From assembly GCF_001194135.2 (NCBI RefSeq), contig NC_068981.1, forward strand, positions 27,306,927-27,347,478: a stretch of 40,552 bases of DNA, in the 5' to 3' direction. The notes below the pieces were generated by a model. It saw nothing but the letters and a program-made list of their open reading frames with translations, searched no databases and was not told where the DNA came from. Origin of the DNA: Octopus bimaculoides (taxonomy: Eukaryota). A program made the position numbers and the translations under genes. Of this stretch, positions 12,579-24,092 are shown one piece after another (position 1 is the first letter of the stretch; each line of letters starts with the position of its first letter).

Positions 12579-12781
12579 NNNNNNNNNNNNNNNNNNNNNN
12601 NNNNNNNNNNNNNNNNNNNNNNNNNNNNNNNNNNNNNNNNNNNNNNNNNNNNNNNNNNNNNNNNNNNNNNNNNNNNNNNNNNNNNNNNNNNNNNNNNNNN
12701 NNNNNNNNNNNNNNNNNNNNNNNNNNNNNNNNNNNNNNNNNNNNNNNNNNNNNNNNNNNNNNNNNNNNNNNNNNNNNNNNN
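12579..12781. other. Assembly gap (N run) between TA and GATA microsatellites
   Basis: 203 N. Confidence 1.
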
Positions 12782-12846
<65 letters not shown>

Positions 12847-13076
12847 TGTAGATACATATGTAGATACGTAGATAGAAATATAGATATATAAATACACGTG
12901 TATGTAGATAGATACGTACACACGTACATAAATATTTAACTTATTTACGTGTGTGTGTGTGTCTCTGTGTGTGTGTACTAAAAATATAGTAATGGCTCTA
13001 AAATTACAATATATAAAAGAAAAAAAATATCCAAATAAATAGTTTTTGAGTTTCGCTTCCTTGGAAAGAATGTCAG

Positions 13077-13256
13077 ATGATAGATAAGGCAAGTATCCAG
13101 GAAAAGAAACAGTATCTGCGGTGGGTTGGGTGTTCGCTGTGGGAGCTATATATCTCCTGTACCTTGACAGTAAATGTACCCTAGGGCCAGTTGACATGGC
13201 ATCGCGTATCGGTCAAATCGATTGCAAAGGTGAATATGGCGGAGATGGCAGTGCAC
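13077..13256 (+). pseudogene. MAM pseudo-exon
   Basis: DKASIQ...GCSLWELYISCTLTVNVP*GQLTWHRVSV, then shifted QIDCKGEYGGDGSA. It ends GCAC|gtatta followed by a T-rich intron-like tract. Confidence 0.5.
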
Positions 13257-14393
13257 GTATTATTCTTTCTATTTTATTTTATTTTATTTTTAATCTGTTT
13301 TATGGAGAAACAGAGACAGAGAAGTAAAAGATAAAGATAAATAACGACCAGTATATATGCGTTCATATGTCTGTATTGAAAGTGTACACGCGTGTGTTCT
13401 ATGAGTATTTGTATGTTTACTTATATGAATGTGAATCAATTTCTTTTGTATGTACATGTATATGTGTAATGATGTTTATGTGGAACACAGAAAATGGAAG
13501 ATAGAAAATAGAGTAGGGAAAGAAATGACTGAGAAATATAAGTGAAATGAAGACATGGGAAGAAGAAGTCAACAATGTTAGCGTGATCAGTAAGTAACAC
13601 GAGCAATAACCACGGATGGGATTGGTTAGAAGTATCATTTGCAGAAAATATGAGACAAAAAAGTTTTTGCAAAAAGGGTAGAAAATGGGCGAAAAGTAAC
13701 TAAAACCAATTTAATGCAAAAGAATTTATGGCAAAGAAAATTGATGTGGTTGTTGCGCTTCAGTCACATAGCTGGACCTGGTGGAGCAGACTTATGAGCA
13801 AAGACGTTCCAAATACGATCAACCTTTTCCTTTGTTTTCTTTTTTCGTTTTTCCTCTATGACTGTTATCCTGTATAAAGTCGGCAAGCAACAACTCCGTA
13901 TGGACTCGTGTAAGATGTGCATCCATCTGTTGGGTTTGTCCACTTAATCAGAGATGTCTGCACACATATAAGCTTATACATAAAAGCACACTCTTACACG
14001 CATTCATAAATTTTCACGCACATACATACGTACAAGCATAAGTGTGTGCGTGCGTTTGGATAAGATGTTCGTGAATAAGGTGCTGACTGAAAGTAGATTT
14101 GTATTTCACAATCTTTTAAGAAATATACCTAATTACTTGCGCCTGCTAAAAAAAAATACAGAGAAAAAAAAAACATTTGTTTGCAATAGATTTGTTTCCC
14201 ATTGTTAAACCTCGGGAAAACGAAGCCCATAAACACGCCAAAGAACATTTCGCACCCGTGAAAGTATTTATTTTTATTAATATCTAATATTTTCCATAAG
14301 CTACAAACAATTTAAACTCTAAATTCTTGACAATTTTATAGCTTAATAAGAGCACATTTGTTGTATCGATATCACCCGAAGTTTGGAGAGACA

Positions 14394-14505
14394 GAATTGT
14401 CATTTAAAGCAACAAAGAGACAGAATTTTTCCACTGAACGCAAGGGAACGGAACTAAGTCCATCCAGACACTTTGTGGAACGTCACTCCTTATATTTGAA
14501 TAAAT
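14394..14505 (-). repeat. ~110-bp diverged duplicate of the Tc1/mariner internal segment at 14955-15065
   Basis: gagacagaat..ttccactgaacgcaagggaacgga.ctaagtccatccagacactt.gtgg.acg...cc.ttatatt is present in both places. Confidence 0.85.
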
Positions 14506-14721
14506 ATCTTAGGTATGATCTAATATGTCGCTCAAAAAATACTATTAACCGGTGTGTAGACTCATATTTCCCTCCTGCAGTTGAAATCTATTTTTTAATA
14601 CTAAATCTCAGATTGAGCGAATATATCAAACTATCTTGAACAGCATGTTAATAGAAAATGATAATAATGTCGAGACTAGATATTTAAGGCACAAGATTAG
14701 TCGATTATATTCAGGATGAAA

Positions 14722-15985
14722 TACAAAGTGGAGCAGAGAGGACAGACGTTTTTGAAAAAGTCACAACATCATTAATTGTAGCTGCAAAGAAAGGCGTTGT
14801 TGGAAGTTGGCCTCTACTCTCTACAGCATTGCTCGGTCGATTTGGGTGATTTCCACGAGAATAACTTCCTTCAAATCGTCCAATGTACGGGGCTAATGCG
14901 CATACACCCGCGCCTTGAGGTTTCTCCACAAGAAATAATTACGTTAACAAAATGTCGTTTAAATCAGCAAAGTTGATTGAGACAGAATGTTTCCACTGAA
15001 CGCAAGGGAACGGATCTAAGTCCATCCAGACACTTAGTGGTACGCCGCCCTTATATTCAAAAATAGTTTCCATCGGACGTACGAAATTAAGCCGCCGTGC
15101 ATAGTCCCATGGTTTCAACTGTTGCCCAATGACCAATTAGTAGGGTAGAATGCCTCCGAGAAGAGCAATACAGGCTCTGTATCAAAGCTTCTCTGACACG
15201 TTCCACATTTTCCGGGTTCCGTGCCGTTTGTGGCATCCCCACAAGTCCTCTATTCATTTGTGTATTTCATGTACGAAGTGGAGGCGCAATAGCCCAGTGG
15301 TTAGGGCAGCGGACTCGCGGTCATAGGATCACGGTTTCGATTCCTAGACCGGGCGTTGTGAGTGTTTATTGAGCGAAAACACCTAAAAGCTCCACGAGGC
15401 TCCGGCAGGGGATGGTGAGGAACCCTGCTGTACTCTTTCGCCACAACCTTCTCTCACTCTTGCTTCCTGTTTCTGTTGTGCCTGTAATTCAAAGGGTCAG
15501 CCTTGTCACAATGTGTCACGCTGAATCTCCCCGAGAACTACGTTAAGGGGACACGTGTCTGTGGAATGCTCAGCCACTTGCACGTTAATTTCACGAGCAG
15601 GCTGTTCCGTTGATCGGATCAACTGGAACCCTAAACGTCGTAAGCGACGGAGTGCCAACGAAAACAACAACAACAACAACAACAACAACAGCATTCACCC
15701 AAGGTAAGATTGTGTTATGGGTGAGAACACCCTCATTGCGGTGAATGTTGAACTGGGGCCGAAAATCACGCTGAACTTCTGTGACAGTTTCGTCATTCTT
15801 CACGTAACTGCCGTAGGTAAACACGCAACGTTCTATCGTCCACAACGCTATGGCTTCACCTGAAAAGAAAACAAAAAATACTAAGACACCACGGACCGAA
15901 TGGTACCTGATGAACATATGCCCCTCCCACTGCGGCTGAGTAATAGCCATTTTAAAATTATCCGTTCTCTCTGTCTCACCTTGTA
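14722..15985 (-). mobile_element. Tc1/mariner DNA transposon relic (DUF4817-type HTH transposase), internally deleted and interrupted by a SINE
   Basis: TA-flanked imperfect TIRs: TACAAAGTGGAGCAGAGAGGACAGA at 14722 versus the reverse complement TACAAGGTGAGACAGAGAGAACGGA at 15985 (26/36 identical by eye, mismatches almost all transitions). Minus-strand peptides read WTIERCVF...VQRDFRPQFN...TILPWVNA, TARNPENVERVREAL, QQLKPWDYARRLNF and YFLWRNLKARVYAH*PRTLDDLKEVI...RVEANFQQRL. Confidence 0.88.
15278..15690 (+). mobile_element. tRNA-derived SINE family B (tRNA-Arg-like head, (AAC)n tail), inserted in the mariner transposase
   Basis: A box tagcccagtgg, B box gtttcgattcc, ggactcgcggtc anticodon-like arm and (AAC)n tail. 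It is near-identical to 29729-30085. Confidence 0.92.
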
Positions 15986-16001
15986 CAAATTCAGTCACAG
16001 C

Positions 16002-16049
16002 GGTATTTCAGAATATTAATCACTTACATTAGTAAGATTCTGAAATACC
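16002..16049. other. Hairpin / inverted repeat next to the mariner end
   Basis: Perfect 13-bp arms ggtatttcagaat (16002-16014) / attctgaaatacc (16037-16049), plus inner cttac/gtaag pairing. Confidence 0.75.
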
Positions 16050-17548
16050 ACAAGTTTTATTTTTTTATTTTTCTAATGTCTAACACAAACAATTGACAAG
16101 AATTTGTGTGTGTGTATGTGTGCGTGCGTCCGTGTGTCTGTGTGCGTGCGTACGTGTATGTGTGTGTGTGTGAGAACATTCGACTATATCATTACTAGTA
16201 GATGACTAATATTTCGTTCATAGTTCACAGAAGTATGAAGACTCCATTGACCTCCAAGAGGATTGAATTCTGAACATAATGACCGAAAGACGAAAATACA
16301 TAGAAATGCATAAAGTTACAACTTAAATACAACTTAAATGGGTGTTTATATTCGTTGTAGAATATATCTTACGTTCACACAAGAGCACACAAAAGTGTAT
16401 AGTCTGCTTAATAGACTCCTTTATAAGCTCGTATTATATAAAAATGATGCTGTAAAATATAGATTTACCCCTATGGCGATTTGAAATAAGGAAGAATGAC
16501 CCTGCTAAATATTTAGTTTTCTACTCTGCAGTTTCTGCCAATTTGGTACACACATAACGACTCCACGTTTATTTATTCACAAGACATGCAATACTGAATG
16601 GGGATGGCTGGTCGGTTTCGACCTCAAGATTTAACTAGCGTTATATGTTATCGAAGATAAAAGGATGAAAGGAAAAATCCCCTACAGTGAGATTTGAAGA
16701 CAAAATGAAAATTTGGGGCATACACAAAACATAACAGCCTGAAAAAACAGCTTAGAGAATTATATCCAACATTGCAGTCTTTTTCATGGTAATTATAATA
16801 ATTCGTGAAAAACGCTGTAAATTTTATTAAAAACACCGATTAAAAGATTCATTAGTATTTGACTAGTATTTATATTCAATCAATTCTTGTCGACAACCAG
16901 ATTTGAACTCAAAACGCAAATAGGTTTTACAAATAAACAGCAAGGTATATGTCCAGCAGTTTGTCGATTCGATTCTGCTAATGAAAATAAGGAGGGTTGT
17001 GGTGAGCAGTGAGAATTTTAGAGGAAGTGATGGATGTATAGCATGGCATGTCAGCTCGTCATAAAGTTTTGCATCTGATACAGTTGAATTAACACATATC
17101 ACACTTTAAAATCAGTGAAGGGGAACGTAAAACTGCTTTCAACTTGAGATCTTCTTTAATGTTTATTTGTTTATTTGTTTATGTATGTTATCTATCAAAC
17201 GAAATACACGTTATCGCACACATAATTATTACTAGGCCATCAAAATGTGCAAATTCGAACGCTGCTTACAAGGAATTTAAATATTGACGATCAATATGTA
17301 TTTATTTATTTTTTCTGCTTAATTATACGGAATTTTATTTTATTTCATTTTATTTCTTTACGGCTAGATGGGTTGGTGGATACGTAAGTGAAAGAGTAAT
17401 CATGCGAGCTTGTGTTTAGATGTTTATTTTCATTTTGTATAACAATTTGTTTTGTTTTATTAATTTTATATTTCATGCCATGTATTTTTAAGCTGCAAAT
17501 ATTTGCTTTAATTTTATTTATTTATTTTTTTGTCTCTTTTCTATGTAG

Positions 17549-18150
17549 GATATTTCATGATGATTACACCAACAGAGGAAGCTGAATGTTATTGGACTAT
17601 GATATGGTCCATTATAAATTACCGAAAACGCCACCTGGTTGAATATTATCTTTTGCCACTTGGATTTCTTCATTGAAGTACAAACTGATTTGGAATTGCA
17701 AATTCCACTTTTCCCACGTATCCCACTTTAGCAAACATATAATTAGACATAAATGACATTTGCAAAGGAAATTTAAGTTGAGAACTTATATAAGGAAGAT
17801 GATGCTATCAAAACATAAACACGGTTATTTGATGTTGGATATCAACAAATACGAAGGTTAAATCAAGAAAAGTCTGAAAAGCACCACCATCTCTTTAGAT
17901 ATTTCTAATGCCGAAGATGACGATGGATCTAGTGGAATATTTGTGAAAAGGGTCCATAATAGATTTGGTCTTAATAGGCAACTTAAATTGAAATGGTGAA
18001 TATCATTCTTGTATCTGAGGAATGGTTCAAAATCTTTGTCACTGCCAGTTTAGCAATTATGAAATTGCCATTGATATTTGCATATTTTGAATAGAAAAAT
18101 GTGAGCAATGATTGGATGAATATTTGCAAATATTTGGTGAGGATATGAAA
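17549..18150 (+). pseudogene. 602-nt MAM pseudo-exon spanning parts of three MAM domains
   Basis: tttttgtctctttttctatgtag| ... AAA|gtaagt. The phase-1 start reads (G)YFMMI. Then, across frameshifts: IWS...WLNII...DFFIEV...FGIA; TFAKEI/S*EN/YKEDD; HGYLMLDI...LKSTTI; IWS/RQLKLKW/VNIILVSEEWFKIFVTAS/EIAIDI; CIF(E)...DWMN. Confidence 0.72.
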
Positions 18151-18212
18151 GTAAGTTAATGATAATTGAGAGCTTCCATAATTTTGGATGAAAATAAACA
18201 CAAATGTGTGTG

Positions 18213-18254
<42 letters not shown>

Positions 18255-18423
18255 NNNNNNNNNNNNNNNNNNNNNNNNNNNNNNNNNNNNNNNNNNNNNN
18301 NNNNNNNNNNNNNNNNNNNNNNNNNNNNNNNNNNNNNNNNNNNNNNNNNNNNNNNNNNNNNNNNNNNNNNNNNNNNNNNNNNNNNNNNNNNNNNNNNNNN
18401 NNNNNNNNNNNNNNNNNNNNNNN
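18255..18423. other. Assembly gap (N run)
   Basis: 169 N. Confidence 1.
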
Positions 18424-18723
18424 ATAGATAGATAGATAGATAGATAGATGCGTATTTGTATACACACACACACACACACATACACGACAAGTAGATTATT
18501 TCTACTAAAATATTGATACCCATCATTAAAATCTATATCTAAATTTTCTTCTGCATAATTCCTTTTGCATTAAATTTCGGAACAAAGATTTAGAAGTAAT
18601 ACCGATTTTGAGACGATATCATTGTTTATATTTCTTTTGACATGTTGGGACTGTAGGAATGTCAGAAGCTGTGGTCTTCACAGACGAATTGAAGAATACG
18701 ATATTCAAAGATTTATAATTATA

Positions 18724-18932
18724 CTGGCTTTAAATTTTGGCACAAGGCCAGCAATTTCAGATGGGAAGCTAAGTCGCTTAAATCGACATCACTGCAGAGC
18801 TGGCATTGATTCCATTGACCCTCAGAGAATGAAAGGCAAAGTTGACCCCGGCAGTGTTTGAAGTCTGAAAGTAAATACGGACGAGACACTGCTACGCATT
18901 TTGTCCGGCATGCTAACGATTCCATCAGTACG
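18724..18932 (-). mobile_element. SINE family A
   Basis: ggcacaaggccagcaattt...gaatgaaaggcaaagttgacc...cattttgtccggcatgctaacgattcc on + is the antisense of family A. Confidence 0.8.
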
Positions 18933-19307
18933 CAGTTTAAAAATTTGCTGCTATATTGTTGAGTATACTTGTTGTTCAGATAAACCCTACTCTTTTTTAG
19001 AGTATCAATTTCGTTTCTAGTTTAGTATCATTAAATTTACCATAAACTAATCAGAATACATTTTAATACATCTTTCACATAAATTTTATCAGAATTCATT
19101 TTAAAAGATATTATAGTGTTATTTGAGTTCCTAAAACATGTAATTCAAATTAATTGTAATACATAATTTCTATAGGATCTTTTGCAAATAAATTGCATTT
19201 GTATATATACGCGCGCGTGTGTGTGCGTGTGTGTGTATTCGTGGTATATGAGTTTCTATCGGCAATATTAAAAATATACTATAATATTGTTGTTTTTTTT
19301 TCACCAG

Positions 19308-19367
19308 ATGATACAAGTTCAGGCATTTTGCGCCACTTTTTGAGATAGTGACTGTTCGACATAAAGA
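19308..19367 (+). pseudogene. 60-nt pseudo-exon
   Basis: ttttttttcaccag| ... AGA|gtaagg. It has stops in all three frames and only a weak C.TF(E)..DC motif. Confidence 0.4.
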
Positions 19368-19431
19368 GTAAGGAATAAATAAAATAAGAATTCTGTCATT
19401 ACTATATATTCTATAATTTATGCATGTACAG

Positions 19432-19518
19432 GTTCCTCTCGTTGTCTGAAAATACAGAAGTTACATTCTTCCATGTTGTGTATATTTATACTCCAATAAA
19501 CTGACACAATACCATCAG
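19432..19518 (+). pseudogene. Possible pseudo-exon ending at a phase-1 Gly junction
   Basis: catgtacag| ... TCAG|gtacaa, with a degenerate PIN*HNT resembling P..DHT. The evidence is weak. Confidence 0.3.
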
Positions 19519-19724
19519 GTACAAAAGTAATCGTTCTTACTTTCGCTAAACGAATGTGCTTGATATATATATATATATATATATATTTTACCTTGAAGAA
19601 ATAATATTTCAAACTGGAAGGGATCAACTTTCTTCGGACACAACCAGCATTTAACCATTCGCATTATTAGGCATAATTTGAACGGTAAATATACAGATTT
19701 GGAAGAAACGCCGCTATGGTTTCT

Positions 19725-19885
19725 AAGAAATGATTAGTGGCATGTCTTCTGGCTCTTTACGTTCTGAGTTCAAATGCCATCAATTTTTGCCTTTCATCTC
19801 TTCGGGATTGATAAAGTACAAGTTATACGCTGGGGCGATGTAATCGATTAACCCACTTCATTAAAATTGCTGATCTCGTATTAAA
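19725..19885 (+). mobile_element. SINE family A, degenerate
   Basis: acgttctgagttcaaatgcc...gcctttcatctcttcgggattgataaagtacaag...gggcgatgtaatcgat. Confidence 0.7.
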
Positions 19886-21056
19886 ATTAGGACAAACAAA
19901 AATGCTATGAAAATGACCGCTAAACAAAGGGAAAATTCTATGCTGATGACCGTTATTAAGACAGACAGAAGAGCTATAAAAATGACCGTTAAATGAAGGG
20001 AAAAACCGAAAGGGAGAAAGTAAAAAACGCTCAAAGAATTCGTGTATGTGCGCATGTACATACATACACATGCGCTCACACACACACACACAGCCACTTA
20101 CATATGCATATATGCATATGCTCACACACACTTGCGTGAAACACATACATGCACGCCCACATACACCTATATGTGCACCTATATTTGCCACCATACACAT
20201 GTACACATAAACATGTCCGCACACACATATACATACCAATACGCGCCCAATTATATTCATATACACGTCTGAATACGCATATGTTATATATGCATATGCT
20301 CTCTCACTCTGACGTGAAACACGTGCATGCACACCCATACACACACCTATATGTATACATATATACATGCAACCATACACATGTACACATATACATACTC
20401 GCACACACGCACGTGCATAGCGTATATATACTCATACGCGCACAAATATGTTCATATACACGTCTATATACGCATATGAATAGAAAAATGCAGAGTGAAA
20501 ACTAATATACAGAAAAAATATGTAAAATATATATAAAGCAATAGAAATATATAAAAATACATATAAAACTGTCAAAAAAAAATATATATATATATAAAAT
20601 ATAGAGAGATAAAATGCTTGTACATGGACACAATATGAAAAGCAGATTTTATCTGTGATCTTGGGTGGGGACGAAACACGTAGCAAATATTTAGCCTTAT
20701 GTGGACATGTTCCGAAAATTTCAGGTCTTGAATTTAGACATGTAGCGGGCTCTAAGCTGCTTTTCCAGATGAGCTATCTTTTCATATCGCAAAGAGCGCA
20801 CTTGTGTTTCACGCGGATGTGAGTGAGTATATGCATACATGCACATATGCGTGGGTGTGCGTGCGTGCATGTGTAAGTATGTACATGCACGCATACGCGA
20901 ATTCTATGAGTGGTTTTTACTTTCTCCCCTTCGGGTTTTTTCCCTTTATTTAACGGCCATTCTAATAGCTCCTTTGCTTGTCTTTATAACGGTTATCTAC
21001 ATAGTAATTTCCCTTTGTTTAATGGTCATTTATATAGCATTTTTGTTTGTCCTAAT
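19886..21056. mobile_element. Foldback/MITE-like element with ~260-bp inverted arms
   Basis: 19886-20145 (attaggacaaacaaaaatgctat...aaagggaaaa...gaattcgtgtatg...cgtgaaacaca) is the reverse complement of 20803-21056, about 80% identical by eye. The arms contain repeated atgaccgttaa units. Confidence 0.8.
20135..20476 (+). repeat. ~170-bp tandem duplication of CA-rich sequence inside the foldback element
   Basis: cgtgaaacac...cacctatatgt...accatacacatgtacacat...ttcatatacacgtct..tacgcatatg occurs at about 20135-20285 and 20312-20476. Confidence 0.7.
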
Positions 21057-21201
21057 AACTGACGAGATGCCGGAGCAGACTTCTGCCCGACTCGGAGTTT
21101 TATTATGGCAACCGAATAATTGTCACATATATTACAGATACATTCCTCTATTTACTTAATATCGAGGTCTCATTCATTCTTTTGATGTCATACCTTTACT
21201 A

Positions 21202-21254
<53 letters not shown>

Positions 21255-21279
21255 CTTATTGCATCAAAAGGTGCTGCGT

Positions 21280-22065
21280 CTGACCTTTCGATTGGAGGTA
21301 AAATCAATTAAATTGAACCTAATACTTCACTAATGCCGTATTGGATCAACTTTTAAAGGATAAAGGGCAAAGACGATTTCGGCGAAATTTGAATTCAGAA
21401 AGGAATTACTCGTAACTAACGATGCACCATGTCCTACTGTCTAGGTATTTAGACATCGGGCCATCCACTGTAGTATTGATTTTAATTTAGGCCCACACCA
21501 ACAATTTTGCCTGGAGTAGAATTCAATTCCAATGATTCTATTACTTGCTTGGTTCTTTAATTTGCTAACTCGGAGAATGAAAGGAAAGTTGACCTGAGTA
21601 TTACCATGAAATTACAGCAGGACATTTTGTCAGATGTTCAAATGACTCAATTACTCCACTGCCCAAATGCTTGAATGCATTTCGTCTTTACGTTCTAACA
21701 TCAAACGCTGCCGATGTCGACTTTGCCTTTCATCCTTTCGGAGGTCGATAAAATAAGTACCAGTTTAGTACTGGAGTCAAAATAATCGACTTACCCCCCG
21801 CCCCCTTCAAAACAAAAATTATAGGCCTTGTGCCAAAATTTGAAACCAGTAATTGTATTTGTTTCCAACAAAGGTACAAGGCCAAATGTCTGGAGTCATG
21901 GAAATGCTGGTTAAATCGATCTCAGAATTTTACCAGCACTTTGGTTTATCACACCAAGAGCGGGGAAACAAGAAGTTAACGGCAGAGAGATTTGAACTCA
22001 GAACGTAACTGGTTGCCACCAAAGAGGAACTGCGTTCATTGATCTAATGATTCAGCCATCGATCA
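21280..22065. mobile_element. Cluster of four SINE family A copies (-,-,+,-)
   Basis: The clearest copy is 21662-21850 (+): gtcgactttgcctttcatcctttcggaggtcgataaaataagtaccag...ggccttgtgccaaaatttgaaa. Degenerate antisense copies lie at about 21280-21400, 21480-21660 and 21865-22065. Confidence 0.7.
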
Positions 22066-22779
22066 TACTCCGCAATAATAATAACCACACCAATAATAAT
22101 TCGCTCCCTAACTGCACTCTCAACACATTTGTTTGCGCCTTCTCATTCCTTTCTTACTTTGATGTGATGTAAAATTATTTTTACAAAAAAAAAAAAAAAA
22201 AAAAAAGAAACTTTGTATCCTTTTTTTGTTTATTTCTTTCGATAAAATATTAATATTTCTTATCCTTATTATAAAAAAAGGTGCTGATTGATATATGTCT
22301 TTTTATTATCAGCTAATCGGATTTCCAACTTTAAAGATAAATTACAAATTATAAATTATCTTACGTTGCCAAAGAAAGACAAAGCACGCATAATTAGCTT
22401 TAGCGTATTTATGTTGATGCTATCTCAGTGCTTTTCTTTCTATCTCTCCTTTCTTAATTCATGTATCATTTCTCCCCACACTTCTCTCTCTCTCTCTCAT
22501 ACTCTCTTTTTCTCTTTATGTGTATCAGTATCTTACTCTCTATCACTTCCTCTCACTTTCTTAATAGTTCACTTTTCCCTTCCTAGTTATGCATCAATGG
22601 GAAAATTATTTGATCGATACGCCACTATGCTATCAAACACAAAAAAAACTCCTCTTATCAAAATTAAGGCTTTCGACATTCTATTTCATATTTAAAAATG
22701 AAAATACCGAAGAAACAAATATATTCTAGAAGTATTTATTCATTCTTTGTATGTTGCATGGTTTCCTATATTTCTGTGG

Positions 22780-23035
22780 CCTGATTCCTATGTGGCTATA
22801 TGTATGCATGTGGCCGTAGATTCTTCTATTTTAAGACAAATTGTATTTAGTATTACAATATCAAATGTAGCCATAATTATGGTACAGAATATGGTAGGAA
22901 ATTATAAGTTTTGGTGTAGGATTTCCAGCAGAACAGCCATTCACATAGAGATTAAACTTGTTAAACTGCTTCGTGAATTTAATTCTTTTCCAGCAGAAAA
23001 TGATAAGTAACGAGAGAAAGACCTTCATCCGGTGG
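22780..23035 (+). pseudogene. MAM pseudo-exon (middle of domain)
   Basis: Across frames: GYMY, VDSS, DKLYL, TNCI*YY, LWYRI / YGRKL*VLV. A strong donor GGTG|gtaagt is at 23035. Confidence 0.5.
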
Positions 23036-23699
23036 TAAGTGCGCTATTGAATATTGTATCATCATACTGTGTATCTTGAATAGAGAAACTCGGCAATGTC
23101 CATCCGCTTTACAGCAATATGTAGAAAATATAGAGTATTACACTATAATGTATTACTAGTGTTTCAATCGAGAAAAAACAATTAATTAGTTGATAATCAC
23201 ATTACAATATACATTTTTAGTCCTATATTCTACAAGAATTCTGTATATTACATATGCGTGCGCGCGCGTGTGATCCTAAAAGCACCAAAAGCACGACACA
23301 TTACCAAAATAATTTAGTGCGGAAGATAGGGTTCCATTCCTATTTTCTCTCTTCATCGTTGTTAGTCAATTCTCATAACACTAGACCGTTTGATGCGCAG
23401 AGTCCGCGGGCCATATATGAAAAAATGGAACACAGAAAACATAAAGGACGCTAATACTTTATATAATGTACACACGTTTCTAAAGACCGACTAAAATCAG
23501 TCACATCGGCATAAAATTTGGTTACGCGAACAAATGATGTTACAGAACTTTTGAGCGAGTTTCACCATTTTCCCAGAAAACGCTAAGATGTCTTGCTTTT
23601 TAGATATCGATATAGTGTCATCTGAGTTGGTTGGGACATGTCTAACGAATTAAAAGAAACAGAGTTGTCATTCATAACTCGGTAGCTGTACTAGAAATC

Positions 23700-23830
23700 A
23701 GATCAGGCTACTAGCGTTTCAACGATAAGGTTAGTCAAAATTTGAGGAGGACGTACAGTTGGATCACAGTAGCCTAGGCCTGAAATCCATGGAGGACTGC
23801 CATCCACTTTCAATACTGAGTGTTTATACA
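23700..23830 (+). pseudogene. MAM pseudo-exon (N-terminal part)
   Basis: Across frames: KFEED / YSWITV...NPWR / GGLPSTFNT, resembling C.FEed.CsW...W.r..G.tPS..T. It abuts a (CTA)n run. Confidence 0.5.
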
Positions 23831-23866
23831 TACGGAAAAATCCAGTCGGTGTCAATACCAAAATAT

Positions 23867-23909
<43 letters not shown>

Positions 23910-24092
23910 CACTACTATAGCAATGACAGGGATTATGATTGTGAATGATAGCGATAGAGAATGAGGTAATAATCCTTTCTGTTAAAAGCACGAAACCTGA
24001 AGGTTTGAGAGGAGAGGTAAGTCGATAGCATCGACCCCCAGAACTCGCCTGGCTCTTATTTTATTACCCCCACAAGTATGAAAGGCAAAATC

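Noticed and set aside
13080-13260. Minus-strand GPCR-like motifs (SAIFTFAI / FDRY / FSWILALSII)
   Set aside because: This reading needs several frameshifts, the TM3-TM4 spacing is wrong and there is no acceptor on that strand. The + strand reading fits the MAM series better.
15278-15360. Possible tRNA-Arg gene (also 29729-29800 and 28960-29035)
   Set aside because: A/B boxes are present but there is no complete cloverleaf, and each continues into a shared SINE body.
17549-18150. TGA-rich frame suggesting selenocysteine, TGA=Trp code or A-to-I rescue of stops
   Set aside because: The MAM motifs are distributed over all three frames, so frameshifts are required. TAA and TAG stops also occur, and recoding or editing cannot restore the ORF.
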